DNA of 63,253 nt, the filler included, from Reticulomyxa filosa (lineage: Eukaryota; Protista; Foraminifera): the NCBI GenBank assembly GCA_000512085.1. It is 24 parts of 24 records of this genome, joined end to end, with 100 filler letters (N's around TTAATTAATTAA, not from the genome) between each part and the next. Parts side by side here need not be neighbours in the genome. Positions count along the whole stretch, not along the records: positions 1 to 3,544 come from ASPP01036504.1; positions 3,645 to 7,738 come from ASPP01004491.1; positions 7,839 to 10,402 come from ASPP01029051.1; positions 10,503 to 11,629 come from ASPP01002956.1; positions 11,730 to 13,623 come from ASPP01010160.1; positions 13,724 to 15,868 come from ASPP01029674.1; 18 more parts are not named here. The stretch is one strand, 5' to 3'. The position numbers were made by a program, and so were the translations under genes. This document shows, piece after piece, positions 1 through 14,208 of this stretch. The stretch's first letter is position 1. The number at the start of each line of letters is the position of its first letter. Below the pieces are notes generated by a model. That model was given only the letters and a program-made list of their open reading frames with translations. It was not told where the DNA came from and did no database searches.

Positions 1-1292
1 TTTTTTTTTTTACTTTTGACATCAATTAATTTCAAAGCTATGTTATCAAAAAGAAAATTTCAACTTTTAAAAAAACTCTGAATAGATTTGTGAGGTTATT
101 TAGTGGGAATAAATTCTGTAAGAGAACAATTACAGGTATTACATTGAGCAGGATCTTTCATGTTTGTAAATTTAATACTTTGACGTTACTATTAGTTACA
201 AGAGAGAATAAAAGAATGTTTGAATTCAATGACATAACCGATTGATTGAATTTGCATCTTCGTAAAAATGAAATTTATGAATGCACTTTGCAGGAATTAC
301 TAAAAAGCCATATCAAAAATAAGATCAACAGAAAACGGTCAAAATGCTTAAAAAAAAACAAAATACAGACTTCATTGTAATACTTTTGTGTTATTACTGT
401 TATAATAGTTCTCGACTGCAATTAAAATTGGTAAGCAAATATTGAAATTGGACATTTTTTCTTTGGTTTCTTCTTGATTATATAACTTGTGACATATATT
501 CAAGTATTCTTTTAATGGAATTACCAATTGCAAAGTGCATTGATTAGATGTGTTCTTTGTTCGGAATTGATATCATTAGGTAGCTTAATAGCTGATATTA
601 TTACTGTTTTAATGTTTATTCCATTATTCGCAATATTATTATTTTCTGCAGTTGCGTTATAAATACTTAATATCAAATTAATTTGAGTGATAATTTCTTT
701 AAGATTATCATTATTCTTTTGATTTTCATCCGAATTTAGTGAAATTGTTATTCCCCCTGATTTACATTCTATTTCATTTGATTGTATAGCAATGCTAATC
801 GTCTCTATTTTTGTATCTGTGTATTTGCTTTCGTGCATGTCAAATATGCAAACTAAATTAAAACAAAAAGATGTTTAGTGACCTAGTTCAAGTTGCTGTT
901 TGGGTAGCGAAGCAAATTTGCTCACGTCAACTGTTTTTTGAACTGTCTTTTGATCTGCTTGAATCGAAATCACCAGTGCTTGCATGCATTGTTGTATGGC
1001 CTCGGCCATGGCCTCCCTTATATGCATGGCCTCCCTTATATGCATTTATATCAGCAAATTCGAAGTTCAATTTTTTTTTGCACTTTAACAGACCCTTGTT
1101 TTTGTCCACCAAAAAAAACTTGCAATTTCTTTTTAATCAGCTCATTAATTGACACAAATTACGTCATAAAAAGAATTTTAGTTATTTCTTTGGATTGTTT
1201 CATTGAAACAAAAAATTTTAAAAGTTTAAATTTTAAGTGATTTTATTTATAAATATATTTTGACTATCAAAGTCAATAATTTTCATTTCGAT

Positions 1293-1640
1293 TCAAAAAC
1301 GTTTGCTGTAAGTTGTGATGCAGTCAGTTTTTTTTTTAAATGCATATTGAATATAATAGATTTCAATTCTTTCTTCATCTTCTTCTTTGTTTTCGTCATT
1401 TTCTGTCATATTCCATTTTGTCACTTCGTCTTCTTCGCTTCCACTAATCTTTCCTTTTTCTTCCTCATCTTCATACTCACTTTCGACATTCTTTCCTTTT
1501 CTTCCATCTTCTTCATCGCTATCCTCATCTTCATTGTTTCCATAATTGTCATCTCCTTCTTGTGCTTTATTTGTCTCCGGTTTAGCTTCTTTCTCTTTTA
1601 TTAATTCCATTTTGAAAGGATGATCTCTCCAATCATACAA
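1293..1640 (-). CDS. Acidic low-complexity hypothetical protein fragment (possibly decayed)
   Basis: Open E/D/K-rich frame (NEDEDSDEEDGRKG...). The flanking frame contains stops and no domain was recognised. Confidence 0.3.
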   Translation of the reverse strand: MYDWRDHPFKMELIKEKEAKPETNKAQEGDDNYGNNEDEDSDEEDGRKGKNVESEYEDEEEKGKISGSEEDEVTKWNMTENDENKEEDEERIEIYYIQYAFKKKTDCITTYSKRF

Positions 1641-2179
1641 CTGTTTTTCATTCGCAGATATTCAATACGCATAATATGTATGATTGTGTGTATTAGAACT
1701 TGACACCCCGAGAGCAATAAAAAGCTTGTTTACATCATGATATTTTCATTGGAGACTGTCGAAAAGTAGAGATAGTACTTATTACTGTATTCTCCAGTCG
1801 ATCGCTATGTATATGTATATACTTCACTCGTGACCACTTATTAGCTTTTTCTCTTCGCAAATGCCAATATACAAATGATTAAATTTTGTATTATGCGTAC
1901 ACTTAACCGATGAATATTCATTTCAATATTTGTTTCACCACTTCCCTTGTTTGCTTGCTTTTTCTTCTCTATACCTCATTCATTAGTATCTACATTCCAA
2001 AATAATAAAATATGTGTCAATTCTATTGGATTTTCAATGGATGGTGATATAACTATTATATTAACAGACTTTAGCATGGAGGATGCGAACAGGGAGAGAA
2101 ATTCGAACTTTCAAGAATATAATAGCATAATCATTTTACAAAATTTTCGTCATTGAAAAAACTGCCATTTTATACGGAC

Positions 2180-2780
2180 TTAATGATACAGTTGTGATTT
2201 GGGATAAAAAATGTGAGAATTTCGAAGGAAATGAAGGTTAAATATCGGATGCCAACTTTTCTCCGGATGGCAAATATATTGTATCAGGTTCAACTGATGG
2301 AATAATAAAAAGATGGAATATAAATACTATAAATGCGATACAAGCGTTGATTACTCATTCAGGTAGTAGAAAGTGTTCAATTTTCGTCAAATAGTCAAGT
2401 GATCGCATCAACATCTGTGAATACGATTATTTTTGGAATGTAAAAATATGTGAAAGATTAAACGAAATAAAAAAGATTTTCTCCAGACGGCCAACACATT
2501 GTTTTTATCAGATAACATAATTCGAATATGTGATGTTGCATCAAGAAAAGAAGTAAAACAATTAGAAGGACATTCAGACTCTGTTAATGATGTGAAATAT
2601 TTTCCAGATGGTCAAACCATCTTGCTCAAGTGATAAAACTATTTGTGTGTAGGATGTAAAATCAAGTAATCAAAAACAAAAAATAGAGGTTAATGACACA
2701 GTGTCATTTGTAGATATTTTATCAGCTGGAAATCAACTTGTTTCAGACCCTTCTAACGGTATGATTCAAATTTGAGGACG
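2180..2780 (+). pseudogene. Decayed WD40-repeat gene
   Basis: Fragments DTVVIWD, SPDGKYIVSGSTDGIIKRWN, LEGHSDSVNDVKYFPDGQT and SCSSDKTICV*DV, interrupted by frameshifts and stops. Confidence 0.85.
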
Positions 2781-3544
2781 TGACTGAAACTATCTTTAGT
2801 TTTTATGCACATTTAATCAATATTTTTCATTTCAAGACAACAAAGAAAGCATTATTTACTATCATTTGGATTAAAATGCACTTTACAAAGTTTGTCTATC
2901 ACACAATCTTTCAAATAGATAAATATTCAATAATAGGCTACTTTTCTCTTTTTTCTGAGAAGTCTTTGATTTGTTTCGTTTTCCCTTAGGTAATTGTATT
3001 ATCAATCTTCCTTCATTTTTTTTGGTTTTTTCTTAAACATGTCTAGTTTTTGATCATAAAATACCAGTTCTTTAAAAAGAAATAAACTATGTCCAGGGCT
3101 ATTTCTTTAAAAAAACAGGGAATTTTTTTGCTTTTTTATCATCAGCGGTTATAGTTTGAAGAATAGGTGTTTTTGACTTTTCTTCTGCCAAAATGCATTT
3201 AGGTAAAAAGTTCATTTTTTTTAACATTTCCACTTTCAAAAAAATAACACAAACACAAGGTAACATTCGTGATTCTAGACATACTGAAGAAGGTGACGTA
3301 AGCGTAATAACAGAAAAAGAGCTCAAGAAAACCAGAGGAGGTAGAAAAGCTAACCATAAGAAAAAAGAGAAAATAAATAATTGCATTGGTGTGTCCCTTT
3401 TTTTTTTCCTCCTGGAAAAAACTATTTCAAAAAGGAAATCATGTGCATACAGTTTTTGGAGAAATGACAATGCCAAGAAGATTTGGTATTGGCTATAATA
3501 AACACAATGATTATGCCTCATTAATGGAGATACAAAGAGATCTA

Positions 3545-3644
3545 NNNNNNNNNNNNNNNNNNNNNNNNNNNNNNNNNNNNNNNNNNNNTTAATTAATTAA
3601 NNNNNNNNNNNNNNNNNNNNNNNNNNNNNNNNNNNNNNNNNNNN
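3545..3644. other. Artificial contig-joining linker (first of 23)
   Basis: 44 N + TTAATTAATTAA (stops in all six frames) + 44 N. The same 100-bp unit starts at 3545, 7739, 10403, 11630, 13624, 15869, 17450, 19898, 21274, 23000, 24725, 27238, 28338, 29809, 34571, 36793, 39108, 40996, 43397, 44581, 47758, 51741 and 62100. Confidence 0.99.
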
Positions 3645-4219
3645 CCCCGTCTCCGCAAGGAGAAAAACTGGTTTGTTCTATTTCCTTTTTTTTTAAAATA
3701 TATTTAAATGTTGTACGTTTTATGATATAGGTTCCTCCGTCTCGCCAAGATATACCATTACGTACCCCCCCTCAACACACACAAAAAATGATCATGGGGT
3801 TGAAATCTATCCAGTATACGAAAAAAAACAAAAAGGTTTGTATATGTTTTTATTTGTTTGTGTACATATATCAATTTGTTATGAAATGTGTGTTTGTACA
3901 TTTAATGAAATAGGAATTCCCTCAAATGAAAATCATATATTTGTATAAATATATTTGTTTGTTTATCCCCTTCCTAAAAAAAAAACAAAAATATTTGAAG
4001 TGTGTCAAAATAGGAAAAAAGAAATTGAATATTTGATCGTGTTTGATTTACTATGTTATGAAAATATTTTTGTTGTTTTTTTAAACATTTTAAAATATAA
4101 CTTTGTTTATGTTTGCACATAGGTATTCGGTGTAACAAAAAAAGTTTATTTAGGTGTGTTATTTCTTTAAAAAATAAAGTAGTAGGGGGGAGGAAAAGGG
4201 AAAAACTGAGCATATGGTT

Positions 4220-4480
4220 GGAGAAAAAAAAAAGAAATTAAGCAATAATATGGTGAGAAAAAAAAAGGACTAATAAAAAGAAAAAAAAAATAAGAACTAA
4301 GAAATAAGAAAAAAAGAAAAAAGTGGAAATTAAAAAAAATGTAGTAATAAAAAAAAGAAATAAGAAAAAGAAAAGAATATTTTAATTAGGAAAAAAAGAG
4401 ATAATAAAGAAAATAATTGATGAAAGAAAAAAAAAAGAATAATAAATGAAATAAGAAAGAAATGAAAAAAAATTAAAATT
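4220..4480 (+). repeat. Purine/A-rich low-complexity tract
   Basis: Almost entirely A with interspersed G/T (AAAAAGAAATAAGAAAA...). Confidence 0.7.
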
Positions 4481-4927
4481 AAATGCATTTTTTTAATTAT
4501 TTTATGTTGAAAAAAGATTATCCTACGTGAGGATAAAAGAAGTTAAGGAATCTTTTTTTCTTTATGTTTGTTTAACAAAAATTTTGAAACATAATGATGT
4601 GTTAAATCCACTGGTGGTGTAAATGATAGAACCGCAAATGAAGAAGAAAAAGTGATGCACAGAAATGAAGAAGCAAGAACTGCTTTATTAATTAGAACGG
4701 AGGTGTCACAAACAAATTTGACGTGCAAACAATATGCCGAAGATAATAATATGGTGACCCTCCCGTAATAAACAGCATCCAACAATGGCGATAATATCAA
4801 TGACAGGGACACATCGCTGCATGGAAGGGCAATATATCTTCAAATTTTGATTTTGTGCATGTCTGAGTGGCTCCAAAAAAAAACAACAATGGATTTTATT
4901 GGGGAACCAATTGAATAAGTAAGGCAG

Positions 4928-7135
4928 ATGATAGAAGTAATAGCAAACCTAAAGCAAACTTTGGAGTCCCGCAGAGACAATGAAATATGCTACCTGCCCT
5001 CTTCCAATAGCATAGCTAAGTCAAAAAGGGAGGTGGATCGAATGGAGGCGAGCCAGATTATTGAAAACAAGCCTAGACAAGATTTGTTACTTATCCAAGC
5101 AGATGTCGAAAAGTTAAAAAAAGAAAGAGTTGATCTATAACTGGCTCGTGAAGAACTAAATAGACAGATAGATCAAATATAAGTAAAAAATGGCGTGCTC
5201 ATCAAAGCAATTTTTAGTTGACAAGACAATATCGCGGATGAAATACTTTTTGCAGTCAAAAAGCAAATCAACATTTCAATCAAAGAGTTGCACGACATTA
5301 ACGAACAACTTCTCCAAATGTCGCAGCGTGAAAAGGCTTTTGCAAATGGAAATGCAAGCATGCAAGTGGCAAGTAGATGAAATAAATAATCATCAGCTTA
5401 GGTTGAAACAAGCATGTGAAAGTGTTGACAACGAAAATCAATCCCTCAACAGTTTTGTAAAAATATAAATAATTTTTTTCAGTCTCTTTTTGGATTTCTT
5501 CCTTTTGTCTTGTTTTAAAAACAGAAAGTATCGAAGCTTTGATATTGAAGCTGGCAAACCAAAGAATATTTCATAAATTGCAATTTTTTATCAAAAACAT
5601 TCAAAAAATTGAGACAGTCGTTGAAACAGTGAAAAAAGATGAATCAGAAAAAATCATGGACCTGTTTCAAAATATTACAACTTTGTTTGCATCCACATTA
5701 AACCAAGCGCAAATCTTTAGTTGATTTATTTACTTTTCAAGTGTAATCCTGACAAATGGTCTATAAAATAAACGGCCAAAAAAAAAAGGAGTCAAAACCC
5801 CAAAAAGCAATTCAAAGTTATGGTCAGGAGATATTACTGTGTCACGAATATTTCAATATCATTCAAGAAATCAAAAAGAACATTCGCGTATTTTGTCGAA
5901 TTCGATGTGATGAAACAATGTCTGTCGGATTTTTGAGTGAATGTAACAAGACACGTGAACAACATTGGGAAGAGACCAACTGCCAGTTCATTGCAAATCA
6001 TAACAGTTTGCAAATGAAGAACAAAGTCCGAAACAAAAACACAGTCTGTCTTGATCATCTGTTTGAGCCTAGTGAAACCCAAGAAGAAGAAGAAGAAGAA
6101 GTGTTTGAGAGTACCAAACAATTTATCACATCATTTTTGGATGGTTATAGCGTTTGTATTTTTGTTAAGTATCTTTGTCGTTTGTTTGTTTGTGAAATGT
6201 GTTGAGCAAGAGGGAACATTTAAAAAGAACAACACCAAAAACATCTTTCAGAAACATATATATACGTTAATTGTAATGCCGCCAATGTTTTGAAATAGGC
6301 CTACGGCAACAAAGGAAGTGGCAACACGTACACAATAGAAGGCGCTCCAAACAATCGATGTGTAATTTATCGCATGATTGAGGAATGACAATTTTGTGTA
6401 TTGCCTGAAACTATCAGCAGTTGCAATTCAAAATGAAATTGTGTTTGATCTATTGAATGATGACGTGCCAACAACGTATACGTCAAACACAACTGTGGCT
6501 ACCACAAGTGGAAGTAAGTGACAACGTCAGAGGTATAACTCTCTTCTTCCAAACAACAACAAAAATTAATTGTGCATGTACTTTCTCAAACATAACAATC
6601 ATAACACTTAGGGACAGGATGCTTTTCATGCGATTGAAAAAGCTATGTGTCAAATCAAAGAGTAAATCGATATATCTTGATCAAGAGCAGAAACAATCTC
6701 AAGTTATTGTATCAGCGCAAGTGGATTGAAAAAATCGAATTGTTGATCTTTGTCTAATTGGAAAGCTGCATTCTGTTGATTTGAGTAAAAGTAACCACTT
6801 CTTCTCCAAAGAGGACCAAACTCAATCATTGTCAATCCTAGATAATATATATATAACAGCAATTACCCAACAAGAAGCAGATGTTCCTTATTGTAAATAA
6901 TGCGCTTACATCATTATTACAAGATTCAATTGGTAATATCTTGAACAATTTGTTTTTTTTATATTATCAATAATTATTCTTTTTGTAATACTCATAGGTG
7001 GACAATCAAAAACGCTACTATTTGTTAATATCTCCTCAGATGAACGAGATGTAGAAGAGACAATCCAATCACTTTGGATTATTGAAAGATCGAAGATAAC
7101 GCCACAGCCAAGAAAAACCAAAAGAAACTATGAAA
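4928..7135 (+). pseudogene. Kinesin-14-like (C-terminal motor) pseudogene, introns retained
   Basis: A coiled-coil region leads into QEIKKNIRVFCRIR and DHLFEPSETQ..EVFESTKQFITSFLDGYSVCIF. After intron 6164-6298 come AYGNKGSGNTYTIEG (degenerate P-loop), GKLHSVDLS, DVPYCK* and GGQSKTLLFVNISSDERDVEETIQSL. Several stops and frameshifts. Confidence 0.85.
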
Positions 7136-7859
7136 TAGATGATGATGGCTATCTTATTTATCATCCCAATTATAAACGTCTTGATCGTGTCATTGGTCAA
7201 TTTAACATTGATTCATGTTGTTGATATCAAAATTGTTCGCTTTTCGTCCAAAAAGTCCAATGGGTGTGTATGCTTTTCGTTTTTCAATCTTTTTTTTCTC
7301 TTCCTCCCACTTTCTATATCTTCATCTTTTTTTTTTTTGTTCGTATGTTGGACAACAGGTTCAAGTGGAGATTCGTTTGTGAAACTCAATGTCAAGTGCA
7401 AGATTGGATTGATCCCATTTGGTGTAAAAACTTAACATTCATTAATATTTTGAATTGAGGTTTATTTTGTGTAATTGTTATGTTATTTGAATAATTTCGT
7501 GTTTTTAGTGGCCACGTTTATGTTTTTTACAATTGCCCCTAGTCTTTTTTCAAATAGTTGATTTTGCTAATCTAAATACTCGTTAATTGGAAACAATTTT
7601 TGAAAAATATCGTTTTTGATAGTGAAATATAAATAAATTTTAATCATACACTTTAAAAAATAAAACGTACATAAATTTTATAATAATATCTATTTAGTTC
7701 TTTAATCATAAATTGTTCTTGGGATAGCCATTTCCCACNNNNNNNNNNNNNNNNNNNNNNNNNNNNNNNNNNNNNNNNNNNNTTAATTAATTAANNNNNN
7801 NNNNNNNNNNNNNNNNNNNNNNNNNNNNNNNNNNNNNNTCGTTTATTTAAGACGCCAAA

Positions 7860-10260
7860 TACATCAAGTTCCATAACAATGTTTGCTTCACTCGACTTTC
7901 CATAGAGCCTTTGAATAATCTCATTTATTGTATTTCCATCGCAAATAACTTTGCCATTCAATCCTTTGCCAATCGTTTTTTTTTTTGCTTTTTGCTATCA
8001 TTGAATATTCTTCTCTATCTATCACGTATTTAACATTTTTTGTTTTTGCAATTACAGAAACATAACGAAGCTGTTGAATATTTGAAGAAACGAATGACCG
8101 AACAGCTGCGACGAGAGGAAGAATTGAAGCACAATAAAAAAAAAGCAAAAGGAAAGACCGCAACACGACTAGTAAAAACAAGAGCCAGTAAAAACGAAGA
8201 AAAGGATGCGATAACCAAGACTGTCGAACAGCGGCTGGCGAAAATGTGGAAATTGACTCGGAAGAATGTCAAGCAAAGAAAACACGAACAAATAAGCGCA
8301 AGGCAGCCACCTGCGAAGACGGAAGGACCAATGGACTCGTTAAAACTGACTCTGGACTCCAAGCCAGTGAATTGCGTGGTTCTGACTTGAGTCGCGTGAA
8401 TACCAGCAACGGAAAAACGGACTAATGAAATGCGATATCGAATACAAAGGCAAATATAATTACAAAATCATCAACAGCAGAGTTAACACTATACATCCAT
8501 ATACACAGCATACACTGCAACCTCTTTCACGTTGCATCGCTTCTTTCCAATATTGTATGGTCCCATTATATCATAAACAATCGCATCACAAGAGATGATG
8601 ATTTACGATTACCCCCAAATATTCATCACATTTGCTGCAAAATATCCGGATTGAAATATCTTCACTTAAATCTACTATGCTTCTGCAAAGTATACGTACA
8701 ATTTATTTCCTTCCTTTTTCTTTTTTACGTACATGTATTTTTTTTTTCAAACAAAAAAAATATATATGTATATTAGATAAGATGATAGTGAATAAACAAC
8801 TATATAAATAAATACCTTCATCTTGTTCAAATTAAAGAAGACTAGTTTGAACAGAGCTCAAGGATAACAATTGATTGTTTGACACAGTGGGCCTTCTTTG
8901 GTGTTGAGTAAGTCTGCGGGATCGATTAGCGTTCAAGTAATGAAATTGGATCAAGCATTTAAGTGAACAGGTACTGGCATTGTGATTTTTACTTTGATAC
9001 AAACTTGCGTAATGAAAGAACATGAATTTGATGGTCAAAGTGCGTCCAAATCGCGCAAACAAAGACTGATGACTGACATTGCACAAGTAGCAACAGCCAA
9101 TGCAATGAAAGCAACAGTAATCGGAATGGCAGGATTTTGTGTTCCAATTCGAGTACCAACAGCAGCAATTGATATAACAACAGAGCCACTCATAGCAATG
9201 CGTACAAGAGCTTTGATCAGTATCTAAAATCCATTCCAAAAATCATCGAGTGCTTGACTAAACTCATCTATTAAATTTTGATTCACTGTCACGTACGTAC
9301 ACACATACATATATGTATATATATGTATACATGCATAACATATATCTTCTTTGGATCAATCCTTTTTTAAATTTATTTATAGAAATAAGAAAAAAAAAAT
9401 CATGCCTGTAAACAGCAAAAAAAAGGTATCCGATGAATATAGCCACTTCCAAACACAGATTGAGTAAGAGGAAGATAAAAACGGAGGAAACTCCGAATGC
9501 GGCCAACAATTGGAAGGATAAATAACAAATTGCAAGCACTGCGAAGCAGCGGCACATCTTGACGGGTGCAATATCTTTATAAACGATTCCGATCCAAGCC
9601 AAAACATTACTATGGCGGACATCAGCGCCAACGGATATGTGGTGAGCACGACTTTGTAAATACAAATATCCGAACCACGTTACGTTCGAATGGAACCAGT
9701 ATTCCGGTTTCCACCAACGATACTCGGACGGCGATATCAACGACCCCTTCCAATAGTCGGCGCTGTGATCATACCAAAAATATCACCCAATGAATGCAAA
9801 CAGTCCAAAAAGGTCTCTGCCACAAAAAATATCCATTTCAATAACCTTGTGGTGCAGCCAATTCCAAAAAAACTGAAAACAAAATGCCTTGTATTTGGAA
9901 AGGGGAAATGGCTGTCATTTGTTTTATTTGCTTTGTTTTGTTTTGTTTGGAGTCATTTCATTTAATCTTTTTTTTCCTCTCTATCTTGTCACTATTCTAT
10001 CTTCATCCCTCTCTAGCTATGAAAGCTTACCGCATATGTGCGTGAAAGCTAAAATGGTTGAAGCAAGTACAAAATTAACTTCCTTCCTTTCAAATAAAAT
10101 TGGTAGATTACTGATACATCTGTTATCAAGTCTGCCACTGAAATCAATGCGTTCAATAAATCATATAGCCAACACCGCTTTGTGGTCAACTGGTTCGATA
10201 CGCAGAGGTAAATCAAAATCTGAACTATCAGAATAATCTCGTTCATAATACATTTTGTAT
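7860..10260 (-). pseudogene. XK-related membrane protein pseudogene (paralog of 54672-56967)
   Basis: DLLNALISVADLITDVSVIYQFY matches DGYTIAVSVADVVTDLMVMKQYY of the intact paralog. Further colinear matches: GDIFGMI vs CDFVGIF, IYKVVLTTYP vs LLKVVIFSIP, EIIQRLYGK..ANIVME vs KVLNDMLGSDVASIVML. Many frameshifts and stops. Confidence 0.7.
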
Positions 10261-10502
10261 GACGTCTTTTTTTTTGACGGAACAGACCCCTCGAAAACTT
10301 GCGTATTATTCGACTGTATGTGTACATTAAATGAAAATTACGTGGCTTTGGCTGTTTCAAAAATTTTGGATTAGATTTTTAAGTATGTCGAAAGACTACA
10401 CANNNNNNNNNNNNNNNNNNNNNNNNNNNNNNNNNNNNNNNNNNNNTTAATTAATTAANNNNNNNNNNNNNNNNNNNNNNNNNNNNNNNNNNNNNNNNNN
10501 NN

Positions 10503-11140
10503 AAGTTACGATTCGTTCCCCCCCCTCCCCCCCCCTTCTCTTACCTATTTAAATGTTGTTCAATGTCCCGAAGTAAAAGATGCGCATTATTATCGTGTGG
10601 TCTATGTTCCAAGTATTTGACGACATAAGTCTTTGCTTTTTTCAAATCTTTCAAATACTCTGCACAAAACAAGCCGTAATTGTAGTACAGCTCCGGATAA
10701 GTTATGTGTGAGGCGCTCCCTCCTTTATTGGCTGAGTGTGCGTTTTCGGACCCTTTTGTTTCCGTTTCAATATTTTCATTTGACGACGATTTTTCTTTGT
10801 TTCCAGGTTTTACCCGCTCACTGCCTAATCCTAAGTCGATTTTCTTTGTCCACTGCAATCTCTGTACCCCTTCCACTTTCATTCATTCATTTATTCAAAA
10901 AAAAAAAAAAAAAAAAAAAAAATAAGAAAGAAAACAGGCTCCAAAGTTGTTGTCATCTACAAAACAACGTAACCCGTTTTTGTGTCTTGCACCGTGCAAG
11001 ACGGAAGAGATTTATTGTGAGGAGCTAATTGTGTGCGTGGCAAAGTGCCAAGTGAATTGATGGGAGTGGTTTTCTCAGGAATGATGGATTTTCTTTCTTC
11101 TTCAGCCCCGTCGTTATCATCATCTTCATCCTCGTCATCG

Positions 11141-11174
<34 letters not shown>

Positions 11175-11629
11175 TATCATCATAATCTTCTTCTTCTTCT
11201 TCTTCTTCTTCATGTCATGTCCATGTCCATGTCCATGTCCATGTTCTTCCGCCGGTACTGACGGTTCGACTTCCACATCTTCTTCAATTTCTTCTTCGGT
11301 AGGACTGGACACATTCAAGCCCATTGCGCGCGACGACGACGTAGGTAGCCACGATCTGGTGTTCGAGGCAATGTCACGGGAAGTGCGCAAATGCGAGTTG
11401 CTCCGAATAATGTGAGAAAGGCGAGGCTTCCTTATTTGCACATTTTTGTACTGCTGCTGTGGCGGTTGTTATTGGAAAATGCACTACCACTATTTGTGGC
11501 ATTGGTCGTTGAGGAAGTCGTGGTCGCAGTTGTCGCAGTCGTCGCAGTCGTCGCAGTCGTGGAGGTAGTAGGAGTAGTCGTTTCACTTCGTGTTTGTTTT
11601 GGAAGATGAGTATTGGAATGGCGGATTGG
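10503..11629 (-). CDS. Partial low-complexity protein with a TPR-like motif (Thr-rich, HG repeat and acidic tracts)
   Basis: The downstream exon encodes YPELYYNYGLFCAEYLKDLKKAKTYVVKYLEHRPHDNNAH (TPR-like). The upstream exon encodes Thr-rich, (HG)n and poly-E/D tracts, with an apparent 1-nt frameshift near 11215. Confidence 0.6.
11110..11245. repeat. Compound coding microsatellite (CAT)n, (CTT)n, (ATGTCC)n
   Basis: Directly visible tri- and hexanucleotide tandem repeats. Confidence 0.9.
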
Positions 11630-11729
11630 NNNNNNNNNNNNNNNNNNNNNNNNNNNNNNNNNNNNNNNNNNNNTTAATTAATTAANNNNNNNNNNNNNNN
11701 NNNNNNNNNNNNNNNNNNNNNNNNNNNNN

Positions 11730-12360
11730 AAAAAAAAAAAAAAAAGGGGGAGAGAAAAAAAAATAGCGAAATACCGTGTAGATCCTCTGCTGTGCATACA
11801 TTATCGAGCTCAGAATCAAACTTTTTTTCGTCGACAAATATTTGCTTCCAAGATTTTCCTTTTTTGTGATAAACTGCAATGCACTTTGCGGGGAGCTTAT
11901 TATTTGCTGTTTTGTGTTCGTCTTTGTCTTCGATGAGTGTCGGCGATGGGTTATTCGTTTCATTGTTGGATTCCTCATTTCCATCAGTTGCTTCTTTAGA
12001 GAATTGCAGTACCAGACGAAATGTCTCAATTTTTTGTGGGACGAAAGTATGTGCCAACTTTTGTGAAGAATCTTTTTCTTCATTTTCATCTTCTTCTAAG
12101 AAATTAGTAACGGAAGAAGAGCTCTTCTTTTGTGGATCACTGTCAGAGTCATAAATTATGCAGGCAATTTCTACTATCGAAATATCGTCTTCACAGTGCA
12201 GCGTTTCATAAACATCCCACTTTTTCAAGTGCTCAAAACCTGGTGGTAAGAACTCAGCTGCCCATTCTTCCACATGAGAAAGGATTAAATATTCCCGGTT
12301 TGATAGATCTGGATCTTTTGCTATCTCTTCGCTGGCTTCATTATCTTTGTTGGCTGTCAT
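11730..12360 (-). CDS. Hypothetical protein, 5' exon (runs into an intron at the contig end)
   Basis: About 195 open codons from MTANKDNEASEE to a GTATTT donor followed by poly-T. No domain recognised. Confidence 0.6.
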
Positions 12361-12637
12361 TCTTATGTCAATGGAAAAGTACTTTAGGTAACTCCCTCTT
12401 GTCCATGCGACAAAAGTTAAACATAATAAGCACTTCTCTCTCTTCTGAGGCACAAAAAAATAAAAAGTTATATACAGAATAATTTTTATGTCCGAGAATT
12501 GCAGATCAATTCAGAAAAAAGTTAATTAAACAAACAAAATCCAATAAAGCAAACATCCACAACCCCAGACACTACTTTATTGAATCATTTTCATATGAAA
12601 AAAGAAAGGTGGACTTTATTTTTTTTTTCATGTCAGG

Positions 12638-13551
<914 letters not shown>

Positions 13552-13584
13552 CTATCCATTCGATCAAACCAACATTTCGAAAGT

Positions 13585-13623
<39 letters not shown>

Positions 13624-13723
13624 NNNNNNNNNNNNNNNNNNNNNNNNNNNNNNNNNNNNNNNNNNNNTTAATTAATTAANNNNNNNNNNNNNNNNNNNNN
13701 NNNNNNNNNNNNNNNNNNNNNNN

Positions 13724-14037
13724 ACAAGTCAAATTCAACTATGTAATTTTTGGAGAATTATCGAATAGCGCTCTTAGAACATCCTCCGCAGGGCTCAGAT
13801 CTCAATCCAATCTAGAATATGTGACAAATTATAAAGATGAAGATCCACCAAAACCATTATGTTACATCTTTGGAGCAGCTATGTGATGTGTTTGAGAAAG
13901 AATATGAAGATATTGAAAAAGATATTTGTAGAACGTTAGTGGAATCCATGCCTGATATGATCAAAGCAAGGTGTTGTCATAAGAAATATTAAGAATTGTT
14001 TGTTAGTTGTAACGGTAGTTATTATATATCTACTGTA
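13724..14037 (+). mobile_element. Tc1/mariner DNA transposon remnant (transposase C-terminus and putative right end)
   Basis: FLENYRIALLEHPPQGSDLNPI*NM*QIIK...LEQL...ICRTLVESMPDMIKARCCHKKY* matches the Tc1 pattern WPPQSPDLNPIENLW...LVESMPxR...KGGxTKY. ACTG|TA at 14032-14037 fits a Tc1 terminus plus TA target site. Confidence 0.85.
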
Positions 14038-14208
14038 GAAGCATATTGTAAATAATTTTGTAAAAAGCAAATACAATCTGATACATACCTCAATGTGATT
14101 TGTATATTTTGACTAATTACAATCATTTTTGAAAATTTTTTTCTTACAACAACTTTTATAAATTTTTGTTTATTGTTTTTACAAACTACTTATAAAAGTG
14201 TAAACATA

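Noticed and set aside
1007-1045. 18-bp tandem duplication CATGGCCTCCCTTATATG
   Set aside because: Only two copies with no spacer. An ordinary slippage duplication.
3589-3600. Regularly recurring TTAATTAATTAA as a CRISPR-like or biological repeat
   Set aside because: Always centred in exactly 44+44 N. It is an assembly spacer with stops in six frames.
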